Shown here piece after piece: positions 47,272 through 57,271 of a DNA stretch of 64,000 bases. The number at the start of each line of letters is the position of its first letter. The first letter of the stretch is position 1. The translations under genes and the position numbers were made by a program. Source of the stretch: an uncultured Methanosarcinaceae archaeon (GTDB taxonomy: Archaea > Halobacteriota > Methanosarcinia > Methanosarcinales > Methanosarcinaceae); the NCBI GenBank assembly GCA_963833425.1, contig CAWHXP010000015.1:64001-128000 (forward strand), in the 5' to 3' direction. The notes beneath the pieces are model-generated. The model worked only from the letters and a program-made list of their open reading frames with translations. It was not told the origin of the DNA and ran no database searches.

Positions 47272-48462
47272 ATGAAATCACTTGTATTCAATCCTTATTC
47301 AGGGGCATCAGGAGACATGATCCTGGGGTGCGCTATCGATCTCGGGGCTGACAGAAAAATGGTCAAAGAACTGATCGAAGCTTCCATACCAGTATCTTTA
47401 GATATTAGAGAAGTCATAAAAAATGGAATAAAAGCTCTAGACGTCCGGATAAATGTACCTGAAAAAGAGTCCGTTCGCACATATCCAGAACTCATGGATA
47501 CCGTAAAGGCTGCGAAATTGCCCTTTCTGGTGGAGACAAGCACTATGGATATCTTTTTGAGAATGGCAGAAGCTGAAGCTTCAGTTCACGGACAGCCTGA
47601 CCTTGAGAAGCACCATTTCCATGAGATGGGACAGAGTGATGCCCTTGCCGATGTAATCGGTTCTTCGGTAGCTATCCATGCCCTTAACTGTGATTCTATT
47701 TATTGCACCCCTATCAACGTTGGCAGCGGAACGACGGAATGTGCACACGGGACCCTACCTGTGCCAGCCCCCGCTACCCTTGAACTTCTAAGAAGAGGAA
47801 AACTTTATTTCAGAGGAGGTAGTGAAAAAAAGGAACTTCTTACTCCAACAGGTGCTGCTATCCTATCCCATTTTGCAATGCCTGTTGAAGCTTTTCCTCA
47901 GGGCAGGGTGATTTTAATAGGCTATGGGGCTGGGGATTCCGATTTAGGTGGTCCCAATGTGCTCCAAGGAGTGCTATCTGAACTTGATTCCTGCTTGATC
48001 CCGGATGTAATTGAGATGCTCGAAACCAATGCTGATGATGTGAGCGGAGAAATCCTGGGTAACTTATTCGAGGAATTGCTCGAGATGGGGGCAAAAGATG
48101 TTGTGATTATTCCGGCGACCATGAAAAAGGGCCGGCCTGCTCATGTTATCAAGGTTATTGCAAAGCCTGAAGACACTGCAAAAATTGCCAGAAAAATAAT
48201 TATCGAAACAGGTTCTCTGGGAATAAGGGTCGTTCCCACAAGGCATAGGCTCATAGCTGCCCGAAAAACTGAAATCATTAAATTTGAGGTTGAAGGGCAA
48301 TTATATGAAGCTGCTGTCAAGATTGCCAGGGACTCGGAGGGGATTCTACTCAATATCTCTGCTGAGTTTGAGGACTGTAAGAAAATCGCGAAAACTAGTA
48401 GTGTTCCTATAAAAGAGGTAATCAGAAAGGCAGAGGAGGTCGCAAGGAATCTTTTTTCCTAA
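47272..48462 (+). CDS. larC: Nickel pincer cofactor biosynthesis protein LarC
   Basis: SGASGDM, HFHEMG..D, CAHGTLPVPAPA, TPTGAA, ETNADD, MKKGRP. Confidence 0.93.
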   Translation: MKSLVFNPYSGASGDMILGCAIDLGADRKMVKELIEASIPVSLDIREVIKNGIKALDVRINVPEKESVRTYPELMDTVKAAKLPFLVETSTMDIFLRMAEAEASVHGQPDLEKHHFHEMGQSDALADVIGSSVAIHALNCDSIYCTPINVGSGTTECAHGTLPVPAPATLELLRRGKLYFRGGSEKKELLTPTGAAILSHFAMPVEAFPQGRVILIGYGAGDSDLGGPNVLQGVLSELDSCLIPDVIEMLETNADDVSGEILGNLFEELLEMGAKDVVIIPATMKKGRPAHVIKVIAKPEDTAKIARKIIIETGSLGIRVVPTRHRLIAARKTEIIKFEVEGQLYEAAVKIARDSEGILLNISAEFEDCKKIAKTSSVPIKEVIRKAEEVARNLFS

Positions 48463-48608
48463 AATTATTGAGACGTAATAAACAAAAAATTGTGCTCTTT
48501 GATATCAGAAAATTCCGGATAATTGAAAAAAATTCAAGAAAAGTAAAGTGGAAAAGTAAAAATTTAGATATTTAGGGTTTTAACTTCTTATTTTTCTCTA
48601 TATAAGGT

Positions 48609-49637
48609 TCAGAGTTTGCCCATAGAATGAAGTAGTTCTGCATTTAGGACACTTGCCCCTGCAGCTCCACGGATGGTATTATGTCCCATTGCAATGTAGC
48701 GGATTCCTTCTCTTATCCGACCTACTGACACACTCATACCTTTTCCCATATTGCGGTCAAGGCGCGGCTGAGGTCTGTCTATTTCATCTCTTACGATGAT
48801 AACTTTTTTGGGTTCGGAAGGGAGTTCTCCCATTTTAGGGTCGAATTTCAGGAAAGCTTCCCTTACTTCTTCAGGCGCTGGTTTGCCCATCATCCCAGCC
48901 CATATAGCTTCTGTATGCCCATCGACAACTGGAACTCTGTGGCATGAAGCACTTACTCTTATCTCTGCAGGCACTACTTCAGAGCCATTAAACTCACCGA
49001 GGAGTTTCAATGTTTCGGTCTCCATTTTTTGTTCTTCGCTCCCGATGTAGGGAATTACGTTATCGTATATTGACATTGCCGCAACTCCGAAAAAACCAGC
49101 CCCTGATATTGCTTGCATTGTAGCTACATGTATGGTCTCAAGTCCAAATTGCATCAGAGGTTTTAATGTCAAAGACATGACGATAGTAGAGCAATTGGGA
49201 TTTGTGATAATATATCCATCCCATCCCCTTGTATCCTGCTGAACTTCTAGAAGCCCCAGATGTTCTGGATTTACCTCGGGAATCACAAGAGGAAAATCCG
49301 TTTCCATCCTGAAAGATGATGCATTGCTTGCCACCGCAAATCCGGCTTTTGCAAACTCTGGCTCGACTGTGAAAGCAAGATCCGCAGGAAGGGCAGAAAA
49401 AACCACATCCGCATTTACAGCTTTTGGGTCTACAGGAGAAACTTCAATATTTTCAACGCTTTCAGGCATAGCTGTATCTAATTTCCAGCCCACAGCTTCT
49501 TTGTATTTTTTGCCGGCGCTCCTTTCTGACGCTGCAAGGGCTGTAATTTCAAACCATGGATGATTTGCCAGTGCTTCCACAAATCTCTGCCCAACAGCGC
49601 CTGTAGCGCCTAAAATACCCGCTTTAATTGCCACCAT
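48609..49637 (-). CDS. asd: Aspartate-semialdehyde dehydrogenase
   Basis: [40 protein letters not shown]. Confidence 0.97.
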   Translation of the reverse strand: MVAIKAGILGATGAVGQRFVEALANHPWFEITALAASERSAGKKYKEAVGWKLDTAMPESVENIEVSPVDPKAVNADVVFSALPADLAFTVEPEFAKAGFAVASNASSFRMETDFPLVIPEVNPEHLGLLEVQQDTRGWDGYIITNPNCSTIVMSLTLKPLMQFGLETIHVATMQAISGAGFFGVAAMSIYDNVIPYIGSEEQKMETETLKLLGEFNGSEVVPAEIRVSASCHRVPVVDGHTEAIWAGMMGKPAPEEVREAFLKFDPKMGELPSEPKKVIIVRDEIDRPQPRLDRNMGKGMSVSVGRIREGIRYIAMGHNTIRGAAGASVLNAELLHSMGKL

Positions 49638-49728
49638 CTCAAAGCTCCCTCCAACGAGAGAAGAAATTATCTGATAAAAGAGAAAAAGAAAAAATTGGAT
49701 AAAAAATTATTCCAAGTTAATTGTCATT

Positions 49729-49911
49729 TTACTCTTCTACTTTGATTGCTTGGCTCGGACATGCCTCTTCGCATGCACCACACTCTACACACTCATCCTG
49801 GTTGACAACCGCACAACCTTTTTCTTCATCAATGGTAATTGCTTCAGAGGGACACTCATCGACGCAGCTTCCACACCCAGAACATTCATCTGCATTAACT
49901 ATCGCTGGCAT
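49729..49911 (-). CDS. 2[4Fe-4S] ferredoxin (60 aa)
   Basis: [12 protein letters not shown] and [12 protein letters not shown]; start MPAIVN. Confidence 0.93.
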   Translation of the reverse strand: MPAIVNADECSGCGSCVDECPSEAITIDEEKGCAVVNQDECVECGACEEACPSQAIKVEE

Positions 49912-50314
49912 ATTTTTTTCACTCTCCTTATTATTACTCGATATGTCCCTGGAAATCAGATATGCCGTTTTTGAAACTTCCATAGAATATCGAAAAGTTT
50001 GGTCATAACGCCATTGATCGATTAACATAAAAACTTATCGCTTTTTAGCAAAAGGCACCTTTAAAATCAGGATGTGGGTCAGGCATACACAATCTATATT
50101 TAATCATACTATATATATAGACCAGAAGAGAAATTAAAAATATTTACTCAACATATAGAGTTGTGCATAACAATTCCAGAATCCTTAAACGAGTAAATTC
50201 CATTTTCTAATTTCACTAATCCGTCTTTGAGCAGAAAATCAATATGGACTTAAAGAAGAAATCGTTTAATTCAGACTATTCCTTCACTTTTCCACATCTT
50301 TTTTGATGATTTAA

Positions 50315-50403
50315 GAGGATTTTGAGAAACCACTAAATTTAGTCATAAGCATATAAATATCATATAAATGACTTGTGAAAATCAAAGGTTTATCGAAATC
50401 TTT
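50315..50403 (-). mobile_element. MITE-like unit, copy B
   Basis: Reverse complement aligns with 32037-32125 including the interior. Confidence 0.7.
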
Positions 50404-50901
50404 TTAAATGGAATTTTTCCAAAGTTCTGGAGAGACTAACTTTAATCATTCTCCATCAACTAAGTCATAACTCTTAATTCACTTTAAGTACAGGTAATTC
50501 TAATATTTAATAATTTTACATTGTGAATTAACTTATTTTCGCATGTATAAAACCTATTTTCACTCAAATAATGAACACATTGATAATTTCTGCCTTTTCA
50601 TTTTTAATTTATCCATTTTAGTCTTAATTTTCAATACTTTCATTGATTTTACTTTAATATTTTTTTTCCCTAAAGCAAAATTGACACTTACCAGTAACAG
50701 TCGCAAGAATTCAATTTTTCTAATCAGAAAATTATTACGAATATTTCATTCTGCTCGCTCAACCAACTGGATATAAAGGAAATATCCATAATCTAAAAGA
50801 AATTTTTACGATAATTCATACACAAAATTACATAATACCTTATTTTATAGACTTAATTATTTGCGCATTTAGTCCTTTTATAGTGAAAAGAAACTGTTAG
50901 C

Positions 50902-50960
50902 TAATAACTTTTTACGGAGAAGTTTCCATCCCGTAGCAAGCTGCAGGGTATTAGACTGAA
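50902..50960 (+). repeat. IS200/IS605-like end hairpin (related copy at 55746-55803)
   Basis: taataactttttacggagaagtttccatcccgtagcaagctgcagggtatt; stem ccc.gtagc/gctgc.ggg. Confidence 0.6.
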
Positions 50961-51034
50961 GCACGCTATTTCTTTTCGAACCATCCTCAAAAAGAATTAG
51001 TAAGATTCAAAACCTGAATTGTATTCTGGGATGG

Positions 51035-52207
51035 TTACCAAAGTTCCCCCTGCAAGATCGCCAGGGTTTTATCGCTTGTACTTTTGTTTATTTTTTTAAT
51101 CTTTATCAAATACTCCTCTTCGACAGCTTGAGGCTCTTCAAAAATTACATCGACCCCAAGTCTTTTAAGATAATCTTCGAAGTCTTTTACAGTTTTCAAG
51201 TCTCTTACCCGGATTTTTGCCTCTTCATATAGCCTCTGGCCATCCTTTACACCCCTAATTGATTCTCTCAATGGGCTCAGTATGCTTTCCCCTAACCTCA
51301 TACACCGTTTTTTGAACTCTTCCTCATTTTCTTTCCACTCTACTGTCTGAAAACCTTCTCTTACAATGCGGGAGAGCATAAAGTCTCTGCCAGTATCATT
51401 GTAAAATTTAAAGGCATGCCTGAGATCCGAGCAATTACTCTGGGAAGAAGTATATTTCAATGGAGAAAGAACCATTTCAGGGTCTTTTATTACGACACCT
51501 TCATGCTCTTTTTCCCCAAGTTCCATGATAATTTTTTCGATTTCTCTGGGGACATTTTCAATGAGAATTTCCCCAAAAAATCTTACCTGGAAAAAACCAT
51601 ATTTTTCCAGAAGTTTTTGTTTTTTGTGTATCGTAAGAGGCTTACCACTGTTTTTCTCCCGAATGTCGAATATATAAAACCCTACAGATTCGACATCATA
51701 AATATCTTTAGAGATATAAGGGTTATCAGGGCCTATCATTTCCCCGTAAAGTACAAGTTTCGGGAAATCGTCAAAAAAATTCAGATTCAATTTCTCTTTC
51801 GCTTTTTGGGTTGTATAAGGGCAGATATATCCACTCCGAGTAATTGCAATTATCTCCTCATTTGCAGTTGCTATTCGGACATTGTATCCATTCATTTTTT
51901 CTTCGAAGGCTATCTTCTCAAGTCCAATGAAGTGTCTTTTAATAGTAGGATCCAGTACCATAGCTCTCCGGATCTTTGGAAAGCCCATGATTATCTCGAA
52001 AGAATTGCCCTTCTCATAAAGAACTGTCCCTCTCTCGATATGGGAAATTTCCTTATCGAAACGTAGCAAGTGCTCGTATTTTCCCCAGTTCCAGGTAAGA
52101 TAATTTTTCTCAAAAAGGTTATGAATCTTCTCCTTATCAAATCCCAGGCAATCGGCAAGTCGAGCTACAAATTCAGGATCATTTTCCTCATTAACCTTTC
52201 TACTCAT
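51035..52207 (-). CDS. ATP-dependent RNA ligase (Pab1020 / Rnl3 family)
   Basis: Motif I EEKMNGYN, TRSGYICPYT, GEM.GP.NPY, FDI, EGVVIK, KYT. Confidence 0.92.
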   Translation of the reverse strand: MSRKVNEENDPEFVARLADCLGFDKEKIHNLFEKNYLTWNWGKYEHLLRFDKEISHIERGTVLYEKGNSFEIIMGFPKIRRAMVLDPTIKRHFIGLEKIAFEEKMNGYNVRIATANEEIIAITRSGYICPYTTQKAKEKLNLNFFDDFPKLVLYGEMIGPDNPYISKDIYDVESVGFYIFDIREKNSGKPLTIHKKQKLLEKYGFFQVRFFGEILIENVPREIEKIIMELGEKEHEGVVIKDPEMVLSPLKYTSSQSNCSDLRHAFKFYNDTGRDFMLSRIVREGFQTVEWKENEEEFKKRCMRLGESILSPLRESIRGVKDGQRLYEEAKIRVRDLKTVKDFEDYLKRLGVDVIFEEPQAVEEEYLIKIKKINKSTSDKTLAILQGELW

Positions 52208-52899
52208 ATCTAATTATCCATCTTCAGACCTGAAATAAGTTATCATTCACATATCAATTTGAATATAATTAATAATTATAATTAATACATAAATAATCCG
52301 GGAATTTTTTCGAATTGATTTCAAAATCCACACTTTAGTGCTCCGCCAAACTACTTCCTCAACTTTTACATCAGCCATTTACTCAAACACTTCACTACTA
52401 TCTTGACCCCAACTTTCATCTTAGCCATTATTCATTGAAGAATTCAAAAATATCGAATATGAACTTTTTTAATCTATGACCTTAGGTCCTTATTTGATAA
52501 TCGTAAAATATTTTTTTCTTAGATTACAATAATTTGTCCAGGAAAGATATCATCGCATAAAGTATCTAATATCAACATTTTGAGATTATGTTCTTGATTT
52601 AACAACATTCGTTATACGGTAGATGACTCGATAACAGATCCTTTTCTGCAAAATGTTACTGGCCTTTCTTGGAGACGGCTTAAATCCAAAAATCACAAAT
52701 TAAGATTCTCACATTCTTCAGATTCTTTTTTCTTTCAGATACTTGAAGTCACTAACAATATTCAAAAAAACGTGGAACTATTCACAACATATTTTTTATT
52801 GATATCTTATTCCCCTTGAGGTTCTGAATTATATTTTTTCCTGTCCTAACAACTGGAACTAATGTGGAATATTGTCATTTTACAAAAAATTCAATTTTT

Positions 52900-53095
52900 T
52901 TGTGGCGCAACCTGATGCAAGCAACAGGATATTTTCGTGCCACGCTCTGTATAAAAGGACTAATTCAAACTCAAATTTTTTCACTTGCTTAGATGATTCT
53001 TTTTCTTCCTGATTTCTCTGATTTTCAACATACTTTCTAATTAAATTGGGAGTTGTTCCATCTCCAAGCGTTCCAATGTATCCACAGTCAATCAA
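52900..53095 (-). mobile_element. IS200 TnpA C-terminal relic with end hairpin
   Basis: GYIGTLGDGTT..LIRKYVENQ (Y...Q motif); hairpin gtggcg...gccac at 52902-52943. Confidence 0.75.
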
Positions 53096-53429
53096 TAGTT
53101 AGCTACAGAATAACTGTTTTTAATCCCAACAAATTCTTAAAAAAATTTCGATTTTGTAATACATTTTATAATTTGCATCACTGTTGAAGGATAATAATGA
53201 GGTTTATCACCAATGAAAAAATGTGATTATCATCATCAACATCAATTAAATAAAACTTAAAAAATACCTTTTACCAATTTTAGAGCATAACTATTTAAAA
53301 TAATTTATTATTCCATAGTCTAATTAGAAATTTTTACGACACCTAATGCAAAAAATTATGTGATCCTATAATATAAAAAAAGACGTTCACATGCAGCAGT
53401 TCCATTTTATAGTCCAAAAGTAACTCAAA

Positions 53430-53514
53430 GAGGATTTCGATAAACCCCTAAATTTCACGGTGATATGTATTCTTTATAAGCATACGAAGAAATTTAGAAA
53501 ACATCGAAATCTTC
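53430..53514 (+). mobile_element. MITE-like unit, copy C
   Basis: gaggatttcgataaacccctaaatttc ... gaaatttagaaaacatcgaaatcttc. Confidence 0.72.
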
Positions 53515-53909
53515 TTGAGGCTTTGTGAACAAAATTCTTGTTGACTGCTATACTCACAAATTTTCGGACTACGTTCAGACTTATATGAAGATAGGACATC
53601 ATGAGACGTTTTCACCGCATAAAAAGGTATATGGAAGTATCTTTTATTAGAAAGTAAAAATTCTTCAAGTACCGAATATATATATATTAAACAAAATTTT
53701 TAATAAGAGAAAAAAATCTAGAAAAAAGGTCGCGTCCGTGATTACCTAAAAACACAACTATAGGACTTTCACAATTTACTAAAACGTAGGAAGGGCGCTC
53801 ATTCTTAGAATTGATCAGCAACTTATAGACGCGACTAAAAAAAATGGAATAAAACAAAACTAGATAAAAAACTAAAAATAAAAAGGAACTAAATTCCTGA
53901 AAAATCTTC

Positions 53910-54770
53910 TCAGAACCTCATTGACCTCAGGCGTTTGACCCTATCTTCGGTTAAAGGATGAGTGCTGAAAAGAGACTGGATAATTCCTCCCTTGAGAGGA
54001 TTAACAATAAACATGTGTGCACTACCTTCCTTTGGCTGTACATCTGAGCTTTTTGGCTTGTAGTTGGAGTTCCCATATTCCAGCTTTTCCAGAGCATCGG
54101 CAAGTACCCAGGGCTTCAGACAAATTCGAGCTCCTTCAGAATCGGCTGCATATTCTCTTGACCTTGAGATTGCTAGCTGGATCAAGGTTGCAGCGAGCGG
54201 TGCCAGAACTATCATCGCGATAAAACCTACTATTCCCCCTTTATCATCATTCCTGCCACCAAAGCCACCGAAAATCGCAGCCCATTGCGCCATGGTAGCC
54301 ATCATCGTTATGACACCCGCAATTGTTGCAGCCACCGAACTAATGAGTGTATCTCTGTTCATTACGTGTGCAAGCTCATGTGCCAGCACGCCTTCGATCT
54401 CTTCATAAGAGAGAAGGTTAAGAAGACCAGTAGTAACGGCTACAGCTGCATTCTTCGGATCCCTGCCCGTTGCAAATGCATTTGGCATCCCAGAATCTAC
54501 AATAAATACTTTGGGTTTTGGCAGTTGCGCTTTCATAGCTAGTCCATCGACTATCCTGTGCAAGTTTGGGGACTCCGTAGGGGAGACCTCTCTTGCCCTA
54601 TACATCTTGAGTACTATCTTATCGCTATACCAGTAGCTTCCGAAATTGATGATTACTGCAAACAGTAATGCGATGATCATTCCGCCCCTACCACCAAAGT
54701 AATCTCCTATCAGAACCATGAGACCTGTAAGAGCAGCAAGCAAAATTGTAGTTTTTAACATGTTTTTCAT
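53910..54770 (-). CDS. htpX: Zinc metalloprotease HtpX (M48)
   Basis: [29 protein letters not shown]. Confidence 0.96.
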   Translation of the reverse strand: MKNMLKTTILLAALTGLMVLIGDYFGGRGGMIIALLFAVIINFGSYWYSDKIVLKMYRAREVSPTESPNLHRIVDGLAMKAQLPKPKVFIVDSGMPNAFATGRDPKNAAVAVTTGLLNLLSYEEIEGVLAHELAHVMNRDTLISSVAATIAGVITMMATMAQWAAIFGGFGGRNDDKGGIVGFIAMIVLAPLAATLIQLAISRSREYAADSEGARICLKPWVLADALEKLEYGNSNYKPKSSDVQPKEGSAHMFIVNPLKGGIIQSLFSTHPLTEDRVKRLRSMRF

Positions 54771-54908
54771 GACTTCTCACACGACGTCCTCTAAGGCTAA
54801 TTGCCCAGGTTTTCAGTCTTATCAGATACTTTCAATGACGAACTCCAGAGCGACTCTATGGTTATTACCCTATAGTAAGGGTTCTTTGTATTTAAATTTT
54901 TTTATTAT

Positions 54909-54997
54909 CGGCTTTGCACCTAAAGTCTGGTACCTGTACCTAATGTCCAACATTTGCATCTAAAATCGGACTAAATTTGGACTTTAGGTGCAAGCCG
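54909..54997. repeat. 89-bp IR-bounded MITE-like unit upstream of htpX
   Basis: cggctttgcacctaaagtc ... gactttaggtgcaagccg (14-bp perfect core). Confidence 0.75.
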
Positions 54998-55364
54998 GTT
55001 ATAACAGTAATTTCTATTTGCTATGGTTCCTAGTAACTATTCTTATCTCCAAACTTATTCCAATAATTTAAACTGAATATTAATGGATATTATATCTCCA
55101 ACTACAAATATATTTTGTTATTTCTCATCATGCCGATTAACATAATTGTACTATTAATTTAGCATATATCTATGTCTAAACATATTTACAATAGGTGTAT
55201 TTAAGTAACGGTTTTAGTTTCAAAACGGCTACTTTTTTGACTCAGATTATAAATCTACACATTGAAAGAATTAATTCTTTGGTTGATCTATTCAATAAAG
55301 AGCGCATTTGCTTCCCTATCTCAAGCAACTTGATACGTTCACTCCCATGTTCTGGATATAAAGG

Positions 55365-55665
55365 AATCATTCAAATTCAAATATTTCATTTGCTTATTAT
55401 GCTTCTTTTTCTTCCTGGTTTCCCTGAATTTCAATATAGTTTTAAATTACATCAGAAGTTGCACTATTATTCAAATTTCCAATAAAACTTCCATCACCCC
55501 ATAATTCACAACCAAATAACCATTTTTTAATCTCAAAGTACTCTTTAAAAATTGTTTTCCCTCCCCCGAAACTTTTTCTAATCTGCATAACTCTCGAAGT
55601 AGAATATTTTGGTTCACAACCAATAAAAAAAATCTACATACTCACAATCATAAACAATGGGACAT
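55365..55665 (-). mobile_element. Second IS200 TnpA relic
   Basis: Minus strand: EPKYSTSRVMQI, FEIKKWL..ELWGDG, TSDVI*NYIEIQGNQEEKE; HUH motif decayed. Confidence 0.7.
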
Positions 55666-56414
55666 CTTATATTATGGGCACGATGAATCGCATGAAGTAG
55701 TTCCAATTATTAGTGCAAAGGTAGCTAAGAAACAAATCAGTTAATTAATAACTTTTTTCGGATAAGTTTTCATCCCAGAGCAAAGTCCAGATATTTTACG
55801 GAAATAAAAAAGAATGGGACACTAACTTGAGTTATTGATTTCTTATATATATATGTTATAGATTCTATTATGATTTGGAGAGAGTTAAACTTGCTTCTGA
55901 GATCAGTTTCTCAGATTTTTGTTGCCTCAATATAACGATTCAACCAACCTAAAATCAGTAGAAAATATCTATTTTAATTAGACACTTTTGAGGACAACAA
56001 ATGAAATAAATGAAATATTATCTATGGCCTACAGTTAAAGAAAACAAACCCTTTTGATTTGCTCAGTGAATCCTATTAAAATTCCATCAATTTAAACAAT
56101 TTGGCATAAAAGTACATGAAGAAAATGATTCCTTAAATACTCTATCAATCATTTTTTCCATAACAAAAATTGATATATATATTATTTGAATATGTGCATC
56201 AAACTAAGAAGTTTCAATCCCATCAAACTTTCTCTTTCGAATTTCTCCCTTTTGATATCCTGTTTCATCTGTCATATTTCTCTTCATTTGTAATAAGACA
56301 CCATATAATTTTGGTAATTTTTTTCTAGATCAATAATTGCCTTTATGTGCCAAATTGACTTCTTTTTCCGGGTAAAAACTCTTTTAATTTGCCAAATTTT
56401 TCTTCTAAAATAAC

Positions 56415-56897
56415 AAATAAGAGAACAAATAAGAGAAATGATTTCCAACACAAATTTTCTTTTAAACTTGTTAGCGAGAACCAAGCAATAGCTATTGAAA
56501 CTCTGAATGTTAAATGCCAATTAAGAATCAACATTTCACACATTATATAGATGATTTGGGACGGAGTAGTTCTGTAACAAAATTAAAATATAAATCAGAA
56601 TAGCCAGGAAAAACCGTTCTTACGAGAGTATATTTGAACCGTCATAAAGACCTGCCATGTTAGGGATACATAACTCTGAGCTAACACTAAAAAATAGGGA
56701 ATGAAACTGTCCCGATTACAAGACAAAATATGATAGAAACATTGATACTGCAATTAACATCAAATAAATTTGCTTCCATTGATCAAAACCTAATTGGAGT
56801 CTAACACCCTTAAAATACAGAGGATTAGCTGGGACTTGTTCTCAAAAGAGAAAGAAACTAACCGAGAAGCTACTTCTTCAGCTGAGTGGCAGTCCAC
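56415..56897 (+). mobile_element. IS605-type TnpB 3' relic with right-end sequence
   Basis: RNDFQHKFSFKLVSENQAIAIETLNV (RuvC II), KLKYKSE, CPD...DRNIDTAINI (RuvC III); end gaagctact...gctgagtggcagtccac. Confidence 0.82.
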
Positions 56898-57271
56898 TAT
56901 TGCCAATGCATATTCCAGAAAATCTAACCGTTTTTTAGATCCAAAAGCCTATATAGTTGTGATTATCAATCTATGTTCATTGGGTTTTGATAAAGGATAT
57001 AACAAAAAGATATATGTCATTAGTGCCACTGCAGGGCCAACCATAAAATAAGAAGATACCCCTAACTTAATCAAGAAACTGAGACTTTTATTAGCTAAAA
57101 GAATCAATTACAAATTAAGAACATTTTCTACAAAGAAGTATCTTGGATTTAAAGTGAATTTGAGGGCTATCGGTCTCTTTAAAAATAAAATTGAGAGATT
57201 ATTAGCACTAAAATTATAATTATTGAACACAATGAAATCTTATCAGATTTTCATTATTTTAGAAGACAAAT

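Noticed and set aside
47272..48462. Programmed frameshift in larC
   Set aside because: The ORF is continuous here.
52900..55665. One tnpA split by insertion of htpX
   Set aside because: Both relics contain the same C-terminal segment (Y.E.Q.NQEEKE), so they are separate copies.
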